DNA from: a virus
Taxonomy: Duplodnaviria; Caudoviricetes
Direction: 5' to 3' (one strand)
IMG/VR virus record: IMGVR_UViG_3300042539_001868
Location: 1 to 62,195 of that record
Length of the DNA stretch: 62,195 bases
Below are positions 1-8,006 of the stretch, piece by piece. The notes below the pieces were generated by a model. The model had not been told where the DNA came from. It ran no database searches and worked only from the letters and a program-made list of their open reading frames with translations. Numbering within the stretch: position 1 is the stretch's first letter; each line of letters starts with the position of its first letter. Made by a program: the position numbers and the translations under genes.

Positions 1-894
1 GTTTATGAACCACTTGGAAACTACGGTTCAATACAAGACCCTGATAAAAATTGTCAAACTAACGAAGGTGTGATTAACGTTTATCCTGTATCCAAATATG
101 TTTCAGGACTTGTCGATGATGAATGGTCTGGTTTGAATTGGTTTGATACCAACAGTAGAGTTAAAAAACAAATCGAAGAATGGTATAAAGACGAAACTAA
201 AAATAATAACCCATCTGATGATGAACTAAAGTCGTGGATAACTAAAAACAAAATAAAGTTATTCAATGGTGAGTGGACTGAAAAATTAGTTGATTTAAAT
301 AAAGACACTATCGACAGGGGGATAAAGAATGAAACTCAAGCGATGGATATCCTAAAAGAAAAATTAGGTTCAAATGTTCAAATTAGAAGATTTTGTTCAG
401 GTAGCGTACAAGACACTAGAATGGGTCAAGATTTGGCCGTAAAGATTGGTGATAAAGAAGAATTTTTTGTACAAGTTAAACCTCTTAAAAAAGTTGAAAG
501 TAAATATGACTCCGATGGTGATACCTTCTTTGTTGTATCAAGTCCAAGTTTTGATAATAAAAGATATAAACCTCAAAACGTTGATTTATTCTTTTTTGTT
601 AATAATGAAAATGGAGAATATATAGGGTTTAGAAATAAACCAAATAAAATTTATACACAATACGCAGGACTTGTAAGATTTTATGAACCTTGGGAATTAA
701 CTAACATTTCATTTGAACAATCAAAATTGTACAAACCAAGTTCCAAAAAAGTAAGTAAAGTAGAAGATGACATTTTCAAAGTTGGAGAAAGAAGACTTCA
801 AAATTTAGAATTTAGAAGAAAACAAATTGAAAAATTAATTGACGACGAACTTCAAAAATTAAAACAAACTAAGACAAATAACTCCGAAAAATAA
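1..894 (+). CDS. Hypothetical protein, 5'-truncated; possible PD-(D/E)XK nuclease-like domain
   Basis: Frame 1 is open from base 1 to TAA at 892-894, so the track start at 70 (GTG) is probably not the real start. Segment E..AM..L...DTRMGQDLAVKIGDKEEFFVQVK resembles the D...QxK variant of the restriction-endonuclease-like fold. Confidence 0.45.
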   Translation, partial: VYEPLGNYGSIQDPDKNCQTNEGVINVYPVSKYVSGLVDDEWSGLNWFDTNSRVKKQIEEWYKDETKNNNPSDDELKSWITKNKIKLFNGEWTEKLVDLNKDTIDRGIKNETQAMDILKEKLGSNVQIRRFCSGSVQDTRMGQDLAVKIGDKEEFFVQVKPLKKVESKYDSDGDTFFVVSSPSFDNKRYKPQNVDLFFFVNNENGEYIGFRNKPNKIYTQYAGLVRFYEPWELTNISFEQSKLYKPSSKKVSKVEDDIFKVGERRLQNLEFRRKQIEKLIDDELQKLKQTKTNNSEK

Positions 895-945
895 AAAAAT
901 AATTTCCCAAACACTTGAAAATTAAGATTTTTTAAAGCTTGGATA

Positions 946-952
946 TATTTAT
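946..952 (+). promoter_or_regulatory. TATTTAT putative late-promoter element upstream of the scaffold/capsid operon
   Basis: TATTTAT 22 nt before ATG 975; the same heptamer precedes many structural genes on both strands (see findings). Confidence 0.55.
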
Positions 953-974
953 TAGATAAAACCAAACAAAAAAA

Positions 975-2420
975 ATGGCAAAAAACAAATCTTTAGTAGA
1001 AGAAGCAATCATTCAGATGAAAATTCTGGAAGAAACGGTTGCAGAAAACGCAAAAGGAATACTTGCTTCAACAATGAAGGAAGAAATCAGCGAACTAGTA
1101 AAAGAATCTCTTTCTGAACAAGAAGAAGACGAGATTGAAACAGATGTTAAAATGTCTATGGGCTCAGAAGAAGACTCTGAAGATGAATCTGAAGAAGATT
1201 CAGAAGAAGAATCTGAAATGGGTGGTATGGATATGGATATTGATAACATGGATATGGATATGTCCTCTGATGATGACGTAATTGACCTTTCTGACGAAGA
1301 TGACGACGAAGTTCTTCGCGTTTTCGAATTAATGGGACCTGATGATAACATCGTTGTAAAAAAAGATGATGCAGGAAACATAAACCTTAAAACTGACGAA
1401 AATGAATACATGATTGTTGGTGAAGGTGAAGAAGAAGAGGAAGAAATGTACGAAGAAGAAGAGGAAGAAGAAATGTACGAAATGGACATGACTTCAGACA
1501 TGTACGAAGAAGAATCTATCGAAGACATCGTTTCAAAAGTATTCGACAAATCAGAAGATGATGAAGAAATGAACGAAGAGGAAGAAGAGGAAGAGGAGAA
1601 TGAAGAAGTAGTTTATGAAATCGAGTTCGATGAAGAAGAAATGGATGAAGAAGAAATGTACGAATCTGACGAAGAAATGGAAGAAGAAGACATGGAAGAT
1701 TCTATGAACGAATCCAAAATGAAAGTAAAAGCAAAAGGGGTAGGAATGGGTTCACCTAAATTTAAATTTAATCAAAAACCTAACATGAGTGGTGGTTTCA
1801 AAACAAAAATGAAAAAAGGAAACGCTACAATGGGAACAGGTAAAGCTAAGTTTGAATACAAAGAAGGTGAAAACATGAAAATGAAAATGAGACCCGTAAA
1901 GAAAACAGTTAAAAAAATGGAAACAAAAGAAGCGTCTCGTACTTTAGGTTCAGGTTCGATGTTTAGAAAAGGCGGTTTACCAAAACCAAGAGCTCACTCT
2001 AAATTTAACACCGCAATCAAAGAAAGTGAAAATTCGAGAGAATTAGAACTTTTAAGAGAAAAGAACGAAGAGTACAGAAAAGCACTTAACGTTTTCAGAA
2101 ATAAATTAAACGAAGTTGCGGTATTCAACTCAAACTTAGCTTACGCTACACGTTTGTTCACTGAACACTCTACTTCAAAACAAGAAAAAATCAACATCTT
2201 AAGAAGATTTGACGGAGTTGAATCTTTAAAAGAATCGAAAAACTTGTATAAAACAATTAAGGATGAATTGTCTCCATCCTCAACTCAAACAATGAACGAA
2301 TCAGTTGAACGTGTAATTGAAAAAACACCTTCTACAGGTTCAGTAAATTTAATTGAGTCGAAAACTTATGAAAATCCACAATTCTTAAGAATGAAGGATT
2401 TAATGACTAAAATAAAATAA
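975..2420 (+). CDS. Prohead core/scaffold protein (gp22-like)
   Basis: Directly upstream of the major capsid gene. Very acidic N-half, C-terminal coiled coil (LNEVAVFNSNLAYATRLF), and many L/I/V/M-x-E|S/A sites typical of T4-type prohead protease substrates. Confidence 0.75.
   Translation: MAKNKSLVEEAIIQMKILEETVAENAKGILASTMKEEISELVKESLSEQEEDEIETDVKMSMGSEEDSEDESEEDSEEESEMGGMDMDIDNMDMDMSSDDDVIDLSDEDDDEVLRVFELMGPDDNIVVKKDDAGNINLKTDENEYMIVGEGEEEEEEMYEEEEEEEMYEMDMTSDMYEEESIEDIVSKVFDKSEDDEEMNEEEEEEEENEEVVYEIEFDEEEMDEEEMYESDEEMEEEDMEDSMNESKMKVKAKGVGMGSPKFKFNQKPNMSGGFKTKMKKGNATMGTGKAKFEYKEGENMKMKMRPVKKTVKKMETKEASRTLGSGSMFRKGGLPKPRAHSKFNTAIKESENSRELELLREKNEEYRKALNVFRNKLNEVAVFNSNLAYATRLFTEHSTSKQEKINILRRFDGVESLKESKNLYKTIKDELSPSSTQTMNESVERVIEKTPSTGSVNLIESKTYENPQFLRMKDLMTKIK
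1428..1481 (+). repeat. In-frame GAA-rich tandem duplication (E6MY/E7MY) in the scaffold
   Basis: gaagaagaagaggaagaaatgtac followed by gaagaagaagaggaagaagaaatgtacgaa. Confidence 0.8.
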
Positions 2421-2451
2421 TAAAATAAAAAAAAAACAAAAAACCTAAAAA

Positions 2452-4299
2452 ATGGGAGCATTATTAGAATCAGGTCTTGTTGGTAACATCGGTTTAAAAC
2501 ACCTTAAAGTTATCAAAGAAGATACAATCAACAAATGGGATAAATTAGGATTCCTAGAAGGCCTTAAAGGTCACCTAAAAGAGAACGTTGCTCAGTTATA
2601 TGAAAACCAAGCATCTTTCTTAATCAATGAAGCTACGTCAGATGGTTCATCAGGTTCTTTCGAAACTGTTGTATTCCCTATCGTTAGACGTGTGTTCTCT
2701 AAATTATTAGCTAACGACATCGTGTCAGTTCAAGCTATGAACTTACCTATCGGTAAATTATTCTACTTCGTACCAAAAATTCAAGGTTACAGTGGTGGAA
2801 CTAACACTCAATGGAGTGATGTATCAAGTGGTGACCACTACGCACCTGTAGGTTCTCCTGGTAACTACCCTGGAAATCCAAACGCTGGTTACACAAGTGG
2901 TGCTCCTTACGCTAAAAACCTTTACGATTTATTCTACGAAGGAAATGAAGCTGCTTTAGACCCTCCAGGTTTATTTGACTATTCAAAAGGTCGTTGGTCA
3001 GCAATTACTGCTAGTACTGAGATTCAAGTATGGTCAAATGGTTCTTTAGCTTCAGCTACAACTGAATACGCTACTGCAACTAACGTACGTAAAATCATCA
3101 TCAAAATGTGTGGTTTTGCTGATAGCGGAGCAGGTAAATTAATCGGTCCTGATGGTAATGAAATGGATACAGAATCTTTCTTATCTGATTTAATTATCTT
3201 CACAGGAGCAGGTTTATCTTCACAAGATGGTAACCCTTGTCCTATCTCTACAGGTCCATTATTGTTCCGTGTGGTAACACAACAATACGGTAAAGGTATC
3301 GTTAACTACGGTAATACAACTCAAACTAATTGGCCAGCGGCTTCAGGTAACAATCCTGCAGGTAACGGTGGTTCATTTAAGAACATCTGTGATGCTAACG
3401 GTTGTATCTATTTAGAAGTTGACTTATCTTGTCCAGTATGTGCTGACTGTAACGCAACATCTTTAGATGGTTATACAGGAGCTACAATCACTGCTAACAC
3501 AACAACTTCATTCTACGCTGCTTTCAGACGTTATGAAGAATTAGAATTCGAAGACAAAATTGGTGAGGTTTCTTTCGATTTAGAATCAGTAACTGTTTCT
3601 GTAACTGAAAGAAAATTAAGAGCACAATGGTCTCCTGAATTAGCTCAAGACGTTGCGGCATTCCACAACATCGATGCTGAAGCTGAATTAACGGCTTTAT
3701 TATCTGAACAAGTTGCGGCTGAAATTGACCGTGAAATCTTACGTGACTTACGTAAAGGTGCGGCTTGGAACTTACGTTGGGATTACAACGGATGGAGAAG
3801 AATTTCTTCAACAACTTCTTACACTCAGAAAGATTGGAATCAAACATTGATTACTGCAATTAACCAATTGTCAGCACAAATCCACAAGTCAACACTTCGT
3901 GGTGGAGCTAACTGGATTGTTGTATCAAGTGAGGTTTCTGCTATCTTTGATGACTTAGAATACTTCCACGTATCTAATGCTTCACCTGAGCAAGACCAAT
4001 ACAACATGGGTATTGAAAGAGTTGGTACTTTAGCTGGACGTTACCAAGTATACCGTGACCCTTATTTCCCACCTAACCAAGTGTTAATCGGACATAAAGG
4101 AACATCGTTACTTGATACTGGTTACATCTACGCACCGTATGTACCATTACAATTAACTCCTACAATGTACAATCCATTCAACTTCACACCGATAAAGGGT
4201 ATTATGACCCGTTACGCGAAAAAAATGGTGAATAACCGCTTCTACGGAAGAATTACCGTTGATGGTGTTCGTACATTTGATTTAAGAGAATTGAGATAA
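2452..4299 (+). CDS. gp23: Major capsid protein, T4 gp23 family
   Basis: Motifs PIVRRVF..L.ANDIVSVQAM..P.G..F, RKLRAQWSPELAQD..AFH.IDAEAEL...LSEQVAAEIDREI, YAPYVPL and GIMTRYA; codon usage of a highly expressed gene. Confidence 0.97.
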   Translation: MGALLESGLVGNIGLKHLKVIKEDTINKWDKLGFLEGLKGHLKENVAQLYENQASFLINEATSDGSSGSFETVVFPIVRRVFSKLLANDIVSVQAMNLPIGKLFYFVPKIQGYSGGTNTQWSDVSSGDHYAPVGSPGNYPGNPNAGYTSGAPYAKNLYDLFYEGNEAALDPPGLFDYSKGRWSAITASTEIQVWSNGSLASATTEYATATNVRKIIIKMCGFADSGAGKLIGPDGNEMDTESFLSDLIIFTGAGLSSQDGNPCPISTGPLLFRVVTQQYGKGIVNYGNTTQTNWPAASGNNPAGNGGSFKNICDANGCIYLEVDLSCPVCADCNATSLDGYTGATITANTTTSFYAAFRRYEELEFEDKIGEVSFDLESVTVSVTERKLRAQWSPELAQDVAAFHNIDAEAELTALLSEQVAAEIDREILRDLRKGAAWNLRWDYNGWRRISSTTSYTQKDWNQTLITAINQLSAQIHKSTLRGGANWIVVSSEVSAIFDDLEYFHVSNASPEQDQYNMGIERVGTLAGRYQVYRDPYFPPNQVLIGHKGTSLLDTGYIYAPYVPLQLTPTMYNPFNFTPIKGIMTRYAKKMVNNRFYGRITVDGVRTFDLRELR

Positions 4300-4321
4300 T
4301 CAAAATCTTAAATAAAATCCT

Positions 4322-4353
4322 AAAAAGGTCAGAGAAATCTGACCTTTTTTTTT
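4322..4353 (+). terminator. Intrinsic terminator after the capsid gene (probably bidirectional)
   Basis: A5-ggtcaga-gaaa-tctgacc-T9 hairpin. Confidence 0.9.
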
Positions 4354-4396
4354 ATTTATATTGACACAATTGATATTATGGTTATATTTATAATAT

Positions 4397-5077
4397 ATGA
4401 AAAAAATTATTTTAGACCAAAATACAATTAATGAAATAATTAGAATGTATAATGAAGAAATGTTAGGTTCTCCTACCATATCTAAAAAAATAGGAATTCA
4501 CAAAACAGTAATAATTAGAATTTTAAAAGAAAATGGTGTTAATGTAGGTAAATCAGGAAGAAAATTTACAGGTGGTAAATCTGAGACTAATAAAAGATAC
4601 TATAAAAAAAATAGAGAAAAAATTTTAGAGTATTTTTCAGATTGGCAAAAAGAAAACAGAGAACATTTAAATACTTACCACCAAAAATGGAGGGAAAAAA
4701 ATATAGATAAACATAGGGATTATAAACGTAAATATGAAAAACACCGTAAGGATACTGACCCCCTCTATAAACTAATCTCTAATTTCAGAACTGCCATTTA
4801 TCAAGTATTAAAAGAAAGTAACGTAGAAAAAAACGGTCATTATTTTGACATTTTAAAGTACTCTCCTGAAGAATTAATATCTCACTTAGAAAACCAATTT
4901 AAAGACGGTATGACGTGGGATAATTACGGGGAATGGCATGTTGACCACATAAAAGCTATTTCATTATATAACATAAAAGAAATCGGTGATGAAGAGTTTA
5001 TGAAGTGTTGGAGTCTATCTAACCTTCAACCAATGTGGGGAGAAGAAAATATTAGAAAATCAAATAAAGTGTTATAA
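4397..5077 (+). CDS. Free-standing HNH homing endonuclease with N-terminal HTH
   Basis: C-terminal MTWDNYGEWHVDHI...CWSLSNLQPMW..ENIRKSN HNH motif; N-terminal HTH-like segment (ISKKIGIHKTVIIRILK); basic linker. Confidence 0.85.
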   Translation: MKKIILDQNTINEIIRMYNEEMLGSPTISKKIGIHKTVIIRILKENGVNVGKSGRKFTGGKSETNKRYYKKNREKILEYFSDWQKENREHLNTYHQKWREKNIDKHRDYKRKYEKHRKDTDPLYKLISNFRTAIYQVLKESNVEKNGHYFDILKYSPEELISHLENQFKDGMTWDNYGEWHVDHIKAISLYNIKEIGDEEFMKCWSLSNLQPMWGEENIRKSNKVL

Positions 5078-5080
5078 ATA

Positions 5081-5109
5081 AAAAAACCCACTCTTTTGAA
5101 GTGGGTTTC
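5081..5109. terminator. Terminator hairpin between convergent genes
   Basis: aaaaaacccact-cttttga-agtgggttt inverted repeat with a flanking A-run (U-tract on the minus strand). Confidence 0.75.
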
Positions 5110-5126
5110 TAACATTTTAAATTAAA

Positions 5127-5501
5127 TTAACCTCTTATACAAGCCTCGAATTGTTTTAAACACATATTTTCAGAACCTTTTTCCATACAAGATTTGTATT
5201 TACTTGTACATTCTTTACTTTTAAATTCTCTTCTCATTCTGCCTTTTTCTCTGTATTTGTCTCTTATAGGGTTTATTGATTCCCAATCTGTTTTATCAAA
5301 ATCCGTCATAAATTTTTCAGAGTCATCGTCATAATCTTCCCAACTTTTTTTATAGGTCGGCATTTTTTTAATTGCGTCATTATATTCTTTTTCAATAGAC
5401 GAATATTCTGTTTCATCTTCATCAGACCATTCCTGTTCTTTAATAATTCTTTTAACAAGTTTCATTAAATCTGATTCTGTTAATCTTATAACTTTTTTCA
5501 T
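5127..5501 (-). CDS. Small putative internal virion protein with MKKVIRLTESDL leader
   Basis: N-terminus MKKVIRLTESDLMKLVKRIIKEQ, a leader recurrent in large Bacteroidota phages; C-terminal four-Cys helical pair. Confidence 0.6.
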   Translation of the reverse strand: MKKVIRLTESDLMKLVKRIIKEQEWSDEDETEYSSIEKEYNDAIKKMPTYKKSWEDYDDDSEKFMTDFDKTDWESINPIRDKYREKGRMRREFKSKECTSKYKSCMEKGSENMCLKQFEACIRG

Positions 5502-5691
5502 AATATTTTTTTTTAATTTTATTTACATATAAATATCTCAATTTTTAAAAAAATTAATTTATTCCAATAACTGAAATTGAACTATTTGTACCGTATATTT
5601 TAATACCGGGACTAACTGACATTTTATAAAGAGAAGTTAAATCTGAATTTAATTTTTTTTATGTTTTGAGATATTTATTTAGAAAGTTAAC

Positions 5692-6948
5692 ATGAAAAAT
5701 TCTTTAAACGAGGAATTAAATAGAATAAATTTTTTATTTGACTATCAAAAAGGTCGAGTTGTTTCTGAGCAGTTAATTCAAAAAACTAAACAAAAGATTG
5801 GTGATACTAAAACCGCATCAACTGAAGAAATAACTCCTGAGAGTGTTAGTGAATCAAAACAATGGTTGATTTCAAACAATTATGATTCATTATTTACTGA
5901 ATTTGATAGAAAAAATAAAAAAGGTAGAGGTAATAGTATTTTACGAACATGGAAAAAAAACGCTGACCAAGGAATTTCTTCAAAAGAGGAATTAACACCT
6001 GAACAATCTGAAGGTGTTTTTATGTTAAAATTTGCTCTTGAAAGTTATGTCAACGCAAAAGAAAGCTCAAAGAAAAAAATAAAAATAATTTCAATTTCCA
6101 AAGGACAAACTACTGAAGAAGTGTCTGAAGATAAGGTAGATAAAAATCAACTACCTAAAGAATTGGCCGAAGTTAACACGTTAACAGGACCTACTGGGTT
6201 ATTTCAAGATAACTCAACTGAACCAACTGCGAATCTTGATTCATCGATTGATGAAATTATTAAAGGTTTGGAAATAAAAAAACAAGAATTTATTAAAGAA
6301 AATCCCCAATTTGCCGAATTATCTGAGGTAATGTTATGGGAATGTACTGACGTTATTGTTGAAACATCTTCAAGTAGATATGCAAATACTGAGCCAGCCG
6401 AAAAGTTAAACTTTTTATCTCTTTCAAAAATGAGAGCTGAAAAAGGGTACTCTAAAATAATTCAATTATTAAATTCAAAAGGTGTTCTTTTTGGGGATAC
6501 ATATGAAAAAAATAAAACTTTGCCAGGGGCGATTGATTATACAGGAAAAAATGGAGATGGAAGTTCAGGACCTCCACCTCCAAATGGAAAAAGTATGGCT
6601 GATTTAAGATTTGAAGGTAAATTAAATGCTCCAAGATATGTTAAAAGTGATTCTCCTGAATATAAAAAATTATTTGATTTGTCGGTTAAAAATTACGGTA
6701 ATCCTTTGGAAAATCCTAATGACTATTCAATTTACAAATACTTTAATTTCAAAGCCAATTTTCAATTAGTTATACGTAAAGAATATAGATTCCCTCAACC
6801 TGAAAAGAAAGTAGTTACTTATGGCGAATATAAAATTTTCTTTTTAACGACCAAATGGTCTTTAAAAATTAAATTCCCAAAACTTTCTTTAAAGTTAATT
6901 TCAGGTGGAATGAAAAATTCAATTATGGATGCTTGTCCAAGATTTTAA
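5692..6948 (+). CDS. Hypothetical protein with LNEELNRI leader and OmpA-like peptidoglycan-binding motif
   Basis: N-terminal MKNSLNEELNRINFLFDY...VVSEQ leader; central ETSSSR...NFLSLSKMRAEK resembles the OmpA C-terminal N..LS..RA..V motif. Confidence 0.5.
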   Translation: MKNSLNEELNRINFLFDYQKGRVVSEQLIQKTKQKIGDTKTASTEEITPESVSESKQWLISNNYDSLFTEFDRKNKKGRGNSILRTWKKNADQGISSKEELTPEQSEGVFMLKFALESYVNAKESSKKKIKIISISKGQTTEEVSEDKVDKNQLPKELAEVNTLTGPTGLFQDNSTEPTANLDSSIDEIIKGLEIKKQEFIKENPQFAELSEVMLWECTDVIVETSSSRYANTEPAEKLNFLSLSKMRAEKGYSKIIQLLNSKGVLFGDTYEKNKTLPGAIDYTGKNGDGSSGPPPPNGKSMADLRFEGKLNAPRYVKSDSPEYKKLFDLSVKNYGNPLENPNDYSIYKYFNFKANFQLVIRKEYRFPQPEKKVVTYGEYKIFFLTTKWSLKIKFPKLSLKLISGGMKNSIMDACPRF

Positions 6949-6950
6949 CG

Positions 6951-7433
6951 TTAATGAAATCTAACTGAAGACCAAAAATATACCCAATTAAATGATTCTC
7001 TTCTAATTTCAAAAACAGTACCACAACCAAATTCTTTAACATCTTTTTGATATATAAGTTTTTTATGTGGTGGAGAGTCCAACCATTCACTTACAAAAAT
7101 TTTAGCTAGAAATTCGTTTGTTAATCCTTTAACCGATAAAACATTAGCAAACATTAAGGTAATTTCACTAAATTTTCCTTTTTGAGTATGAACTACGGTA
7201 TTGTATTTAACGCTATTTTTTGAGTTTGTTAACGCCCCCTTTTTTAATTTTATATTAAGTGTTAAAGTTTGTAATCCTGAATCGGCTCTTAACTTATTAA
7301 TCTTTTCTTCAATTAAAGTTGATATAACCTCACAATCAAGTTTGTTAAGGACTGTTGAATCTAATTTAGATAATTTTTGTGATTTTACATAACAAAATGT
7401 TAATAATAAAAAAAGTGTTATAATTTGTTTCAT
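6951..7433 (-). CDS. Secreted CAP/SCP-domain protein
   Basis: Signal peptide MKQIITLFLLLTFCYVKS (probable start at 7433, not 7448); CAP motifs INKLR...GL..L, H, EWLDSPPHKKLI and FGCG. Confidence 0.8.
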   Translation of the reverse strand: MKQIITLFLLLTFCYVKSQKLSKLDSTVLNKLDCEVISTLIEEKINKLRADSGLQTLTLNIKLKKGALTNSKNSVKYNTVVHTQKGKFSEITLMFANVLSVKGLTNEFLAKIFVSEWLDSPPHKKLIYQKDVKEFGCGTVFEIRRESFNWVYFWSSVRFH

Positions 7434-7437
7434 AATA

Positions 7438-7445
7438 CAAATATA
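7438..7445 (-). promoter_or_regulatory. Bacteroidota sigma-A -7 element (TAnnTTTG)
   Basis: Minus-strand TATATTTG immediately upstream of ATG 7433. Confidence 0.6.
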
Positions 7446-7470
7446 CAAAACTATTTTTAATTATAAAAAT

Positions 7471-7505
7471 AAAAACCCCACTTTTAAACAAAGGTGGGGT
7501 TTTTT
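7471..7505. terminator. Bidirectional terminator
   Basis: aaaaaccccact...ggtggggttttt hairpin with A and T tracts on either side. Confidence 0.8.
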
Positions 7506-7950
7506 ATTGCTCCTTAAAATTCGGATTTTCAATTAATACGCTAACGGAAATGTTTGAATTATAAATTTTTTCCCAATAGGTGAGAGATAACATTTTATAT
7601 AAAGAAAATACGGTTTCTTTCATTTCTTTTTCATCAATTCTTCCTTCTTCATCTGAACAGTAATTATACGACCAAAGTGATAAGAAAATAATGTCATCGA
7701 TTAACATGTTATCGTAACAATCAAAATTAACATGTTCTTTTAAGAAATCAAAGTCTATGTAAATATTAATGTCGGTTATAAGGTCACTAAAATGAATTCT
7801 TAATTTTAAAACATCAATATGTTTTATAAATGGGTACTTTTTTTTAAATAAAATATTAAGAGCTCTTTCTAGTTTTTTCTCATCATTCATAATCATAATT
7901 ATCTGAAAACTGATAAAAAATTGTTGAAGTAGTCCAAATACGTCTTTCAA
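7504..7950 (-). CDS. Hypothetical protein
   Basis: ORF with phage-like composition; the real start is probably ATG 7896 or 7890 (MIMNDEKK). Confidence 0.5.
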   Translation of the reverse strand: MKDVFGLLQQFFISFQIIMIMNDEKKLERALNILFKKKYPFIKHIDVLKLRIHFSDLITDINIYIDFDFLKEHVNFDCYDNMLIDDIIFLSLWSYNYCSDEEGRIDEKEMKETVFSLYKMLSLTYWEKIYNSNISVSVLIENPNFKEQ

Positions 7951-8006
7951 GGTTTTTTTTAATTTACAATATATATTTTCCTTTAATATTTATAATAAAA
8001 GACATT

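Noticed and set aside
1013-1549. 178-aa Ser-rich minus-strand ORF
   Set aside because: Antisense shadow of the GAA-rich scaffold gene.
4300-5077. HNH as part of a group I intron in the capsid gene
   Set aside because: The MCP is complete with its own stop codon and terminator before the HNH; no downstream exon or intron core is visible.
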